A DNA stretch of 64,000 nt from Candidatus Gallimonas merdigallinarum (lineage in GTDB: Bacteria > Bacillota > Clostridia > Christensenellales > Borkfalkiaceae), in NCBI GenBank assembly GCA_904390485.1, contig CAJFLU010000007.1, positions 5,009-69,008 of the forward strand. The letters run 5' to 3'. A program made the position numbers and the translations under genes. Positions 39,517 through 49,543 of this stretch are shown here, one piece after another. Numbering within the stretch: position 1 is the stretch's first letter; each line of letters opens with the position of its first letter. The notes beneath the pieces are model-generated. The model was not told where the DNA came from, made no database searches, and saw only the letters and a list, made by a program, of their open reading frames with translations.

Positions 39517-40403
39517 GAAACGAAAAAACTTCCTCGAAACGCAGAACGAAACTGATTGCCGATATCGTCACTTATATCGGATTGGCAATTTATTTCCTGA
39601 TTCTCGTTTTGCCGTTTATTATCATTATTATCACTTCGTTTGCTTCCGACTACGAGATTTCGCACAGCATCGGATTCGTATGGGCGCCGAAGTTTTCTAC
39701 CGAAGGGTACGAGGTGCTGTTCAAAAACGATCCGTATGCGGTCGGCGGAGTGCCGTCCATCTTGCGCGGATTTTTGAATACGCTTTGGATGACGACCATC
39801 CCTACGGTGGTGGGACTGCTCGTTTCGGGTGCGGCGGCGTATGTTTACGCCAAAGTGAAAGTGCCGGGGAAAAACATTCTGTTTATGATCGAAATCGCGA
39901 CCATGAGTATTCCGCTCGGCGCGTTCGGCATGGTGAGCTATTTGTTCTATTCGGCAATCGGCTGGCAAAAGAGCATTCTGCCGCTATTTATTCCGGGAAT
40001 GTTCGGAAGTGCGGGAACGATTTTCTTTTTGAGAATGTATTTCGAGGGGATCAACAAAGAAATCGTGGAGGCGGCTAAAATCGACGGCGTCGGTACGATC
40101 GGAATTTACTTCCGCATGATGATCCCGCTTTCGATTCCCGCGTTTTTAGCGCAATTCATCTTTGCGTTTGTGGGCGGCTACAACGATTATCAGGGACCGC
40201 TATTATATCTCGTCGGCAATAAATCTATGTGGACGTTGCAGCTTTCCATGTCGCAGATCGTTTCGTTCGTCGGTTCGGAGGGCGGTTACAAAAACGTGCA
40301 GTGCGCTTCTGCGCTCGTCGGGCTTCTTCCCATGCTCCTGCTGTATTGCTTCGTGCAGAAGTTCTTCATTGCGGGAATCGCGGTAGGCGGCGGAAAAGAA
40401 TAA
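39513..40403 (+). CDS. Carbohydrate ABC transporter permease (MalG-like)
   Basis: EAA-loop VEAAKIDGVGTIGIYFRMMIP. 4-nt overlap with the upstream permease gene. Confidence 0.85.
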   Translation: MRNEKTSSKRRTKLIADIVTYIGLAIYFLILVLPFIIIIITSFASDYEISHSIGFVWAPKFSTEGYEVLFKNDPYAVGGVPSILRGFLNTLWMTTIPTVVGLLVSGAAAYVYAKVKVPGKNILFMIEIATMSIPLGAFGMVSYLFYSAIGWQKSILPLFIPGMFGSAGTIFFLRMYFEGINKEIVEAAKIDGVGTIGIYFRMMIPLSIPAFLAQFIFAFVGGYNDYQGPLLYLVGNKSMWTLQLSMSQIVSFVGSEGGYKNVQCASALVGLLPMLLLYCFVQKFFIAGIAVGGGKE

Positions 40404-40419
40404 AAACAAGGAGAAAACT

Positions 40420-42285
40420 ATGAGGAAAATAACAAAAACAGTTTGTATCGCGCTCACGGGCTGTCTTGCCGCGGCGGCGCTTGCGGGCTGCGGGTCGGAA
40501 ACAAAAACCGTGCTCGAACTGCCATATTACGACGGCACGGAATACACGAGCGAGCTTCACGACGTTCCCGAATACAACCGCGAGCTGTGGCGTTCCAACG
40601 TAAATGCAGCGCGCATCATGGAGCTTGCCGATCCGCAGGTTTTCGACAATACCTCGCGCGACGGATACTACTACATCTATGCGACAAACGATATGACGAC
40701 CTCCCGCACGAAGGACTTTATCGAGTGGGAATTCATGGGCACGATTTTGGAAACGCCGAGCGGTTGGGCAGACCGGTGGGCTCCCGAAGTAATCTACGAC
40801 GAGGAAACGGAAAAGTACTTGTACTTTTTCAGCGCGACCGCGCAATCGGGTGCGTCCTGCGTGTTATATCTTGCAACTTCGGATCGTCCTTACGGGCCAT
40901 TCGAGCTCGTGGACTTTTCGGACGCGGATAGCTGTTTCGGCGCAGAGAACGTGCATACGTACTCCGACAATGATTCGCCGTTGACGAAGGACGATTTTCA
41001 GAACGCTTTCGACAAATACACTTATTTTGATCCCGTCAAATTCGGCGCGGTGTTGAATCAAAAATACGGAACGTCGATTTCGACGACGCATATTCCCACG
41101 ATCGATCCGCACCCGTTTATCGTTCCCGAAACGGACGAGGCGCACGGGGGCGAAAAGTATCTCTACGTTTCGCTTGACGATCCCTATTATTCGGGATTGG
41201 ATCGCGGAATCTTGGCTATTCGATGCGATAACTGGTTCAAGCCCGATTATTCCACGGCAGAGGTGGTAACGCGCGTGGGTTATTCGACGATAGAGGATTA
41301 TAATAGGGCGAAAGCCGGAGAAGAAGTGAAGACGTTATGGTTCGAGCTGGCGGGTACGGCGCTCGTCAACGAGGGACCCGAAGCTTATTATCATAACGGG
41401 AAATATTATCTCACGCTCTCCTATTGCGGATACGGTGATCCCGGATACGGCGTCGTGCAGGCGGTCGGCGATTCGCCGCTCGGACCTTTCCGTAAACTCA
41501 CCGAAGCAGAAAACGGCGTGCTCTTAAGCTACGATGCAGGCGGAAACACTAAGGCTTCGGGAACGGGACACCATTCTTTCTTTGAAATCGGCGACAAGTT
41601 GTATATTGCTTATCACCGCCATTCGGTATACGGTACGACGGACGGCGGAAGAGAGCTTGCCTTAGACGAGATAAAATGGTTGAAAACCGAGGATATCGAC
41701 GGAAACGAGATCGAGGTCATGTACGTGAACGGACCGACCGTGACCGTACAACCCAGATTCGATAACGAAGCGGAATACAAAAACATTGCAGAGCAGGGAA
41801 CGGTAAAGCTGGAAAAGGGCAAGTTTGCTAACGGCTCTTCCGCCGAGTATATGAATGACGGATTGCTTTCGATGAATACTGTCGTCAATCAGGACTTTGT
41901 AAACGCACACGTGAAGGAAACGCAGATTACTCAAACGAGCACGTTCTCTATCACGTTCAACGAACTGAAAACCGTGCGCGGATTTATGGTTTACGACTCT
42001 AAGCTGAAAGAAGAAGTATTCCGTAAGATCAAGAATATCGAATTTATCGGCGAGGAGAACGGACAGGAAATCACTTATTACATTGCCGAATTAAACCTCG
42101 ACGAGCGCTCGAATATCGTCATCAGCAGTTTCGACGGTTCGGTGCGCAACACGGTACGCGGCGGCGGAGTGTATGCGGAATTCGATGCAATCAAGGTAAA
42201 GCAGATCAAATTCACGGTGGAAGTGCCCGAAAATCAAACGCAGGTCGGCATTGCCGAGATCGCCGTGCTCGGCAAGGTGCAATAA
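40420..42285 (+). CDS. Lipoprotein glycoside hydrolase family 43 with C-terminal discoidin/CBM32-like module
   Basis: Lipobox LAGC. GH43 blocks ADPQVF, WAPEVIYD, IDPHPF, NEGPEAYYHNGKYYL. C-terminal F5/8-type-C-like 150 aa. Confidence 0.8.
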   Translation: MRKITKTVCIALTGCLAAAALAGCGSETKTVLELPYYDGTEYTSELHDVPEYNRELWRSNVNAARIMELADPQVFDNTSRDGYYYIYATNDMTTSRTKDFIEWEFMGTILETPSGWADRWAPEVIYDEETEKYLYFFSATAQSGASCVLYLATSDRPYGPFELVDFSDADSCFGAENVHTYSDNDSPLTKDDFQNAFDKYTYFDPVKFGAVLNQKYGTSISTTHIPTIDPHPFIVPETDEAHGGEKYLYVSLDDPYYSGLDRGILAIRCDNWFKPDYSTAEVVTRVGYSTIEDYNRAKAGEEVKTLWFELAGTALVNEGPEAYYHNGKYYLTLSYCGYGDPGYGVVQAVGDSPLGPFRKLTEAENGVLLSYDAGGNTKASGTGHHSFFEIGDKLYIAYHRHSVYGTTDGGRELALDEIKWLKTEDIDGNEIEVMYVNGPTVTVQPRFDNEAEYKNIAEQGTVKLEKGKFANGSSAEYMNDGLLSMNTVVNQDFVNAHVKETQITQTSTFSITFNELKTVRGFMVYDSKLKEEVFRKIKNIEFIGEENGQEITYYIAELNLDERSNIVISSFDGSVRNTVRGGGVYAEFDAIKVKQIKFTVEVPENQTQVGIAEIAVLGKVQ

Positions 42286-42297
42286 GGAGGGAAGAAG

Positions 42298-43326
42298 ATG
42301 AAAAAGAAATTGCTTGCGGTTACGCTTTCGGCAATTACGCTTGCGGCGTCATGCGGAGCTTTGGCGGCGTGCAATAGCGAAACGCAGTACAACGTAATAA
42401 ATTCGAATCGGGAGTATACTTTCGAACGTTATAAAAAAAGTACTGCCGTTCTCGATGAAGAGGTCACGCTCGACGGCGAATTTACCGAAGATTTTTACAC
42501 GGGCAGAAATTGGTTTTACGGAAAAAAGCGTTTGGGTCAGGTCACGGCGGACGTAAGGCTAACGACTTACACGGGTAAAAACGGCATTTATCTTGCCGCG
42601 CACGTAGAGGAGAGCACGATCGTCTACTACAATGCTGCGAAAATCTCTTCGTGGAACAGCGGACTTGAATTTTATTTCGCGTTCGGCGAGGCAAATACGT
42701 GGCAGGACGGCTTTTACGAGATCACCGCAACGGCGGGCGAACAGCTCGACGTGCGCAGGGCGGAGATTTCGGCAGGCGGGAGTTTCCGCAACATGGCGCT
42801 TACAAGGGAAACCACGCCCCAAATTGCGGTAAAGCGCGTGGGCGATTTGTTGGGCGAAACGTGTCAGGAATATCAGTTCGAGATATTCTTGCCTTATTCG
42901 TTGTTTGGGCGGACGACCCGTCCCGACACAATGAATATCGACATCTGCCATCACGCCGCGACGAGCTCGGCGCTGAAAAACGAACGTGATCGCTACGACT
43001 TCGGCGGAAACGAGCTTTCTTTCTACGGATGGCTGAATCCGAAGGGGGGTTATACGTTCAATGCAAACGGCTTTGTAAGCAACAAGCTTGCGATTTCTGC
43101 GACGGGCGGCGGAACGGTTGCGGAGAGCCACAGAAACGAATATGCGGTGACGGGCGATATCGTTGAGTTTATCATAACGCCCGAGAGCGGTAAAAAACTT
43201 GCAAAAATCGAAGTGGAAAACGGCGGCGCAGTGCAGGATCTCACCGCTTCCGTGCAGAACGGAAAACTTTCGGTTGTGTGTAAAGGCGATATTTCGGTAA
43301 ACGCGATGTTTGCCGACGAAAATTAA
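42298..43326 (+). CDS. Lipoprotein, possible CBM9-like carbohydrate-binding protein with C-terminal InlB-B-repeat-like domain
   Basis: Lipobox LAAC. VTLDGEFTEDFYTG ... LEFYF pattern. The assignment is tentative. Confidence 0.45.
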   Translation: MKKKLLAVTLSAITLAASCGALAACNSETQYNVINSNREYTFERYKKSTAVLDEEVTLDGEFTEDFYTGRNWFYGKKRLGQVTADVRLTTYTGKNGIYLAAHVEESTIVYYNAAKISSWNSGLEFYFAFGEANTWQDGFYEITATAGEQLDVRRAEISAGGSFRNMALTRETTPQIAVKRVGDLLGETCQEYQFEIFLPYSLFGRTTRPDTMNIDICHHAATSSALKNERDRYDFGGNELSFYGWLNPKGGYTFNANGFVSNKLAISATGGGTVAESHRNEYAVTGDIVEFIITPESGKKLAKIEVENGGAVQDLTASVQNGKLSVVCKGDISVNAMFADEN

Positions 43327-43369
43327 ACAGGAAGCGTCAATCGAAGATTGATAGAAATAAGGAGGAATT

Positions 43370-46300
43370 ATGAAACACAAAAAACTGATCGGCATTTTGG
43401 CAACGAGCGCGCTTCTGCTCGGTTCTGCGGCAACGTTTGCGGCGTGCGGCGGAGGAAATCACACGATCGAACGGGTGGAGGAAACGCAGGCGACGTGTAC
43501 CGAAGGCGGACATGCGGCGTATTACAAGTGCACCGACGACGGCTGCGATAAGCTCTTTTCCGATATCGAGGGCAAGCACGAAATCACGTGGGACGACGTG
43601 GAAAAGACAGATCCGCTCGGACACAATATGACGAAAGTCGACGCGAAAGACGCTAGCTGTACAGAGGACGGTGCAAAGGAGCACTATCATTGCGAACGTT
43701 GCGAGAACGACTTTAAGGACGAAGCGGGTGCAACCGCGGAGACGGACGCCGCGATTCCCGCGCTCGGTCACGACATGAAGGTTGTGGATAAGGTGATTCC
43801 CGTTACGGGTCATCCCGGCGTTAAGGCGCATTACCGTTGCGAACGGGAAGACGCGGAATATTTCGACAGCTTCGGCGACAAAAAAGTGACGGACGAGAAC
43901 AGGCATGAACTCGAATACGATATGCTCACGACCGCGCCGAGCGGCTGGTTCGACGTGCATCACGATTTCTCTCATACCAACGATGCCGACCCGTATGTTA
44001 CAATCACGGGCGAAAACGGCTTGAACGTGGCAACGAACGAGTATTATACCGATATCGCGTACACCGCCCGCGTGCAGAAGGCAAACGTAAATAGACAGTT
44101 TATCGTCCTCTTCTTCGAAAATCAGGCGATTTATTCCGTTTCCGTCGATAACGGTAAAATCAAGTGCGACAGCGAAATGTCGGGTTGGGGTTACGGAACG
44201 GAGCAAGGCTATTCTTACTTAAATGACGGAGAATGGGAGCATACGCTCTCCGCGGGCGAGCAGGACTGTTACGAGGGCAACGGCTTAGAAGTGACGCTTG
44301 CGCGCAAAGGCAAAACGGTAAAGGTGCTTGTAAACGGGCAGGTAGTTCATTCCGTAACCCTTGCCGACGAGTATGAAGCGACGCTTGCAAAGGGCGGTAT
44401 GCTTGTATGGAACGCCGTTCCGAGCGTTAAATATTACTTCCGCGCAGAGGCGCAGGCGAAAGCGCCCGAGGCGCCTAAGGTTACGGTTGCTCCCGTCGAT
44501 GCGGCGCAGGGCAGCGTTACGCTCAACAAGGAGACATTTGCTTACGGCGACGAGCTCGTCGTCACTGTTACGCCGACCGACGATTATGTATTCGATACGT
44601 TGTTTGTGAACGGGCGGGAGATCATCAAGCTTACGGACGGAACGTATACGACCACGGCGACGAATATTGTAAACATTTCGGTCGTGTTCAAGGCAAGAGA
44701 ATACGGCTCGGTGAATGCGACCGTTACGGGCAAAAAGCACGGCGTTACCGGCAATTCGATTGCCGAAAACGCTGCGTTCGAGTTGGTTGGCAAAAATCAA
44801 ACGTATTCGGGTTCGCTTTCGAATGGGAAACTGAACGTAAATAAAGTACTTACGGGCGAATATACGCTGAAAATTGCAAATCACCTTAGCGGAACGATTA
44901 GCGTGGAAAAAGATACGGCATACGAAACGGCGATAGTGCTCGAATACGATATGCTTGCAGTGAACAATACCAACGGAATCGGTGCGGATAAAGTCGATCT
45001 TTCGCATCAGAACGACGAAGAGAGCTACATTAACGTGACGGGTAGCGACGGACATCTCAACGTGACCGCCAATGAGAGATATAACGACGTGATGGTAACG
45101 GCGATCTTCAAACGCGAAAATATTTGGAATCAGCGTATGGGCTTCCTGCTTGCGTTCTCCGATAAAGAGGGCGTACAGCTCGGTTTCGATACATTCGGCG
45201 ACGCAAGCAACGTTACGCTTCACTTCTGGTATGATGGAGAACATCATTCGGGATATGCGAGCGTAAGAGATTATTATAACTTCAACAGCTTTGCTCGTTT
45301 GAACGGGAAGTTTAACTTAAACGGCTGCGCTCCGTTAAAATCGGAATGGCTTGCAAAATTCAACGGCGACGGATTGGAAGTTTCGCTTGTAAGAAAGGCG
45401 AACTTGATTCTCGCGATGGTGGAAGGCGAAATCGTCGGTTCGGTTGAAGTGGATTCGAAGTACGCGGCGGATACCGTTCAGCTTGGATTCTTTGCGGAGT
45501 GGGTAAATCCCATGCAGATTCCGTTTGAGATCACGACAATGCTTCCCAATTTTGAAACTCCTACGTTCGAGCTCACGCAAGGACAGAACGGCACGGTGAC
45601 AAAGACCTCGGGCGACACCTATTCCGTATGGGAAAAGATCACGCTCAATATCGAACCTGCATCGAACTACCGTTTAAAACAGCTCACCGTCAACGGCGTT
45701 GTGATCACGGGCAACAAGACGGAATATTCCTTCTATCCCGTAGCTGGTGCAAACACGGTAGTTGCGGAGTTCGAGCAAATTCCTTACGGCAATGTTTCGT
45801 TTAGTGCGGACGATAAGTGGAATGCGGACGGACTTGTTATAACGTTCCAAAGAAACGGAGAAACGAAAACGGTTACGCTCGGCGACAATGCCGTGATTGA
45901 AAACATGATGATGGATCGCTGGACGGCGACGGCGGTTGTCGGAAATGTGACCGTTTCGCTCGGCGAAATTTATATCGACGCGGAAGAAATCACCCTCGAT
46001 TTGGCGAAGATGTTCAATGACGCCGCTCTTGCGAATAACAGAATCGTGAGTGCAAATCTGGCTACGGGCGAATTTGTTTACAATACGCAGCCTGATGGAG
46101 CAACACTGTGGCTCAATACGGTTGATATTGCACAGGGTAGCACCTTTGTCGCAACTAAAATTTCTCTTCCCGCTGAATCGAAGGAATTTTTGAAAAATTC
46201 GGGCGATAAACATGAAACGTTCAGTATTTACCTGAAAGTCGGCAATGAGGAAAAGAACGTTACGCTTTGGTGGAAGCAGGATGAGAATGCGTTCAAGTTC

Positions 46301-46609
46301 TTCTCGCTTGATAATTGGCAAGGAACCGACAATCTATCTGCCGAGTTGAAAAACGCGTTTATCGACGGCGACGGGTTCTATGTGGTTTGGGCTTACAATA
46401 CCGAAAGCGGAAAATATGAAATTTATGCGGGCTTGACCCCTCAAACCGTTACGAAGATCGGCGAATGGGATACGGGTCTTCCCCAAAACGGATCGTTAGC
46501 GGCGATCGGTTTCGGTGATGGGTTCAAGTGGGGCGGTGAGTCTTATCAGCTCAACATTCAAATGAACTGTGGCTCAACGTTGAACGAGGCGCTCGGAATC
46601 GAGGAGTAA
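43370..46609 (+). CDS. Large (1079 aa) surface lipoprotein with Cys-rich N-terminal repeats and duplicated beta-sandwich-like modules
   Basis: Lipobox FAAC. Repeated C-TEGG/C-TEDG ... Y-x-C-x-x-C units. Two ~190-aa internal repeats beginning (L)EYDML. Confidence 0.6.
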   Translation: MKHKKLIGILATSALLLGSAATFAACGGGNHTIERVEETQATCTEGGHAAYYKCTDDGCDKLFSDIEGKHEITWDDVEKTDPLGHNMTKVDAKDASCTEDGAKEHYHCERCENDFKDEAGATAETDAAIPALGHDMKVVDKVIPVTGHPGVKAHYRCEREDAEYFDSFGDKKVTDENRHELEYDMLTTAPSGWFDVHHDFSHTNDADPYVTITGENGLNVATNEYYTDIAYTARVQKANVNRQFIVLFFENQAIYSVSVDNGKIKCDSEMSGWGYGTEQGYSYLNDGEWEHTLSAGEQDCYEGNGLEVTLARKGKTVKVLVNGQVVHSVTLADEYEATLAKGGMLVWNAVPSVKYYFRAEAQAKAPEAPKVTVAPVDAAQGSVTLNKETFAYGDELVVTVTPTDDYVFDTLFVNGREIIKLTDGTYTTTATNIVNISVVFKAREYGSVNATVTGKKHGVTGNSIAENAAFELVGKNQTYSGSLSNGKLNVNKVLTGEYTLKIANHLSGTISVEKDTAYETAIVLEYDMLAVNNTNGIGADKVDLSHQNDEESYINVTGSDGHLNVTANERYNDVMVTAIFKRENIWNQRMGFLLAFSDKEGVQLGFDTFGDASNVTLHFWYDGEHHSGYASVRDYYNFNSFARLNGKFNLNGCAPLKSEWLAKFNGDGLEVSLVRKANLILAMVEGEIVGSVEVDSKYAADTVQLGFFAEWVNPMQIPFEITTMLPNFETPTFELTQGQNGTVTKTSGDTYSVWEKITLNIEPASNYRLKQLTVNGVVITGNKTEYSFYPVAGANTVVAEFEQIPYGNVSFSADDKWNADGLVITFQRNGETKTVTLGDNAVIENMMMDRWTATAVVGNVTVSLGEIYIDAEEITLDLAKMFNDAALANNRIVSANLATGEFVYNTQPDGATLWLNTVDIAQGSTFVATKISLPAESKEFLKNSGDKHETFSIYLKVGNEEKNVTLWWKQDENAFKFFSLDNWQGTDNLSAELKNAFIDGDGFYVVWAYNTESGKYEIYAGLTPQTVTKIGEWDTGLPQNGSLAAIGFGDGFKWGGESYQLNIQMNCGSTLNEALGIEE

Positions 46610-46630
46610 GCCGATATACAGGCGCAGGCA

Positions 46631-46662
46631 CTCCCGCCGTTAAAACGGCGGGAGCAAATTTT
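46631..46662 (+). terminator. Intrinsic terminator inside the cargo locus
   Basis: CTCCCGCCGT-TAAA-ACGGCGGGAG then CAAATTTT. Confidence 0.65.
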
Positions 46663-46674
46663 AAGAGGTTTGCT

Positions 46675-48120
46675 ATGAAATTTTTGAAACGAATACTCGG
46701 CGTATTTTTATCGGCGGTGTGTCTTCTTTGTTTTGCCGCTTGCGGCGAAACGGACTACGGCACGCTAACGGTTGCTGATATCGAAAACTTAAAAATCGGC
46801 GAAACGCGGGAAATTTCCGCCTTGTTTTCTAACGAAGAATACGCTTCGGCAATCGAATACGAGTTCAAGGGAAACGCGATCAAGATCGAAGACGGAATGG
46901 TGACCGCGCTATCGGGCGGGCGCACGGTTCCCGTTACGGCAAAAACAAAGCACCACGAAACGACGTTCACGGTAAAAACTTCTACCGAGCGGTACGATAA
47001 CGGCACGCTTACGATTGAGAATATCGAAAATCTTCCCGTCGGGCAGAGAATAAAAATAAACGCCGTATTTACGCCGTCGGGCGTGTATGAGCCCATTTCT
47101 TATACGTTTGAGGGAAACGATATCGAGATTTCAAACGGTTACGTCCGTGCGCGTGTGCCCGATAAAACGGTTACCGTAACGGCGAAAACGGCTCATCACG
47201 AAGTGACCTTTACAGTGTCGACCGTCTGCCCCGATGAGGTAAAATATTACGATATTTATATCATTGCGGGGCAGAGCAATGCGGCGGGCTATTCCTCCAA
47301 GGGGGGAAATCTCGGCGGCGTATTCGAAAATATCAGCTATGCGGGCGAAGTCAATGCGCCGCGCAACGGCGGAACTCCTGCGCAAAGCTATCTTTCTTAT
47401 CCGTTTTTGTCGGAGGTGAAAGAGGGGCTCGGAAAAGGCTCGTCGTTTATCGGTCCCGAATACGGTATGGCGGAGACTTTAAACGGTCATTATTCCGAGA
47501 GCAACCGCGCTATGATTTTGAAAACGGCGGCAGGCGGTACAAGTCTTTTCAATTCGACGGGCGGCGAAAACAACGATTGGGGAAATTGGTATCCCCGTTC
47601 ACAATGGGGTAGAAATACCGTGAACGCTTCCGCAAGTCCGATGGGAGTACTCTATCAGAGTCTGGTCGATAATTTTGCTGCCGTTTATTCACAGCTTGTC
47701 GAATACGGATATACGCCGCGTGTGCAGGGTATGGCGTGGATGCAGGGCGAGGCGGATTTGGGCAATCCGAACGGCTATAAAACGCTGTTGAAGGCGTTAA
47801 TCACGGATATCCGCACCGACTTAAAGGAAATCACGGGCGACGAGAGTCTTGAAAGTATGCCGTTTGTAATCGGGGAAATTGCAACTTCGTTTGCCTATGC
47901 AAATAATTCGCAGGTGCCCGCGTTCGTAACAATGCAGCGCGCCGTCGCCTCTGAAATGGAAAACGTATATACGGTCAAGACGGATGATTTGATCATCGTA
48001 AATGCCGACGGCACGGTAAACGGAACGGACCAATATCATTTTAATAAAAACGATTCCCGTACGCTCGGCAAACGCTTCGGCGAGGCGCTTTGGAACAATG
48101 CCCGCCGCGACAATAATTGA
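46675..48120 (+). CDS. Lipoprotein: two Ig-like repeats + SASA-type (sialate O-acetylesterase-like) carbohydrate esterase domain
   Basis: Lipobox FAAC. IIAGQSNAAGYS (GQSN motif), WMQGEAD. Confidence 0.75.
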   Translation: MKFLKRILGVFLSAVCLLCFAACGETDYGTLTVADIENLKIGETREISALFSNEEYASAIEYEFKGNAIKIEDGMVTALSGGRTVPVTAKTKHHETTFTVKTSTERYDNGTLTIENIENLPVGQRIKINAVFTPSGVYEPISYTFEGNDIEISNGYVRARVPDKTVTVTAKTAHHEVTFTVSTVCPDEVKYYDIYIIAGQSNAAGYSSKGGNLGGVFENISYAGEVNAPRNGGTPAQSYLSYPFLSEVKEGLGKGSSFIGPEYGMAETLNGHYSESNRAMILKTAAGGTSLFNSTGGENNDWGNWYPRSQWGRNTVNASASPMGVLYQSLVDNFAAVYSQLVEYGYTPRVQGMAWMQGEADLGNPNGYKTLLKALITDIRTDLKEITGDESLESMPFVIGEIATSFAYANNSQVPAFVTMQRAVASEMENVYTVKTDDLIIVNADGTVNGTDQYHFNKNDSRTLGKRFGEALWNNARRDNN

Positions 48121-48129
48121 GGGGCATTT

Positions 48130-49536
48130 ATGAAATTTTTGAAACGAATACTCGGTATATTTTTATCCGCGGTGTGTCTTCTTTGTTTTGCCGCCTGCGG
48201 TGAAAAAGACTACGGCACGCTAACGGTTGCCGATATCGAAAATTTAAAAATCGGTGAAACTCGGGAAATTTCCGCCGTGTTTTCCAACGGGGAATACGCT
48301 TCGGCAATCGAATACGAATTCAAGGGCAACGCAATCAAAATCGAGGAAGGAAAGGTGACCGCGCTTTCGGGCGGGCGGACGGTGCCCGTTACGGCAAAGA
48401 CAAAGCACCACGAAACGACGTTCACGGTAAAAACTTCTACCGAGCGGTACGATAACGGCACGCTTACGATCGAAAATATCGAAAATCTTCCCGTCGGGCA
48501 GAGGGTGCAAATAAACGCAGTGTTCACGCCGACTGGCGTGTACGAACCCATTTCTTATACGTTCGAAGGGGATGATATTGAAATTTTAAACGGATATATT
48601 ACGGCAATCGTTCCCGATAAAACGGTTGAAATTACCGCAAAAACGAGGTATCATGAAATTATGTTTACTGTAAAAACTGTGCGCCCTGTAACGCTTGTGC
48701 GCAACGTAACCGCATGGGTGGGATATCACGCCAGTCCGCTTCCCGACGTGTCTTATTTCAAAGAGGGCGAAGCGATTACGTGGAGCGGGGAAAATCCCGA
48801 AATCGCCGTGCTCGATAAGACGAAGCGCACCCTGTCTGCGGTTGCGGCGGGATCGTTTACGCTCACCGCGCAGACCGAGGGCTATTCCGAGATTTATAAT
48901 GTTACTGTAAAGTCCGTTTCGAAAACAGGCAAAAAATGGCAGCTCGATCAGGATAAAACGGATTATGCCAATCAAATGAAGAGCAAGTGGAACACCGACG
49001 GAAACGACGGAAAGACGACGCTGTTTATCGGCGATTCCTTCTTCGACGTGCGCTATTTCTGGACGAACTTTTACAGTTTGTACGCTGGGAAAGACGCGAT
49101 TTGTGCGGGGATCAGCGGGGCGACAACGTACGATTGGGAACAGTATGCAGAAACGTTTTTAAGGCAAACCGCACCGAAGAATCTTGTTGTAAATCTCGGC
49201 ACGAATAATTTTTACGACGATCACGATTCGTCGGAAACGGCAACCGAGAGTTTGCAGAGAATGTTCACGCTCATTCACAGCATTCTGCCCGATACGAAGA
49301 TTTATTACTTTGCCATTACACAGCGGAGCGATACCTCGTATAAAACGGGCGTGAGCGAAACGAACGCCGCCATGAAAGCCTGGTGTGAGGGATATTCCTT
49401 TATAACCTTCCTTGATACCGAACAGGCGTTGACGGTGGACACGCTTTTGTCGGACGGAATTCATCCCAAATTAGAGACTTACAATGTGTTTATGGGTGCG
49501 CTTGCACAGAGCAAAATAGAGATGGAAAATAAATAG
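48130..49536 (+). CDS. Lipoprotein: the same two Ig-like repeats + extra Ig-like domain + SGNH/GDSL hydrolase domain
   Basis: Lipobox FAAC. SGNH blocks LFIGDSF, GISGAT, LGTNN, SDGIHP. Confidence 0.75.
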   Translation: MKFLKRILGIFLSAVCLLCFAACGEKDYGTLTVADIENLKIGETREISAVFSNGEYASAIEYEFKGNAIKIEEGKVTALSGGRTVPVTAKTKHHETTFTVKTSTERYDNGTLTIENIENLPVGQRVQINAVFTPTGVYEPISYTFEGDDIEILNGYITAIVPDKTVEITAKTRYHEIMFTVKTVRPVTLVRNVTAWVGYHASPLPDVSYFKEGEAITWSGENPEIAVLDKTKRTLSAVAAGSFTLTAQTEGYSEIYNVTVKSVSKTGKKWQLDQDKTDYANQMKSKWNTDGNDGKTTLFIGDSFFDVRYFWTNFYSLYAGKDAICAGISGATTYDWEQYAETFLRQTAPKNLVVNLGTNNFYDDHDSSETATESLQRMFTLIHSILPDTKIYYFAITQRSDTSYKTGVSETNAAMKAWCEGYSFITFLDTEQALTVDTLLSDGIHPKLETYNVFMGALAQSKIEMENK

Positions 49537-49543
49537 AAATAAT

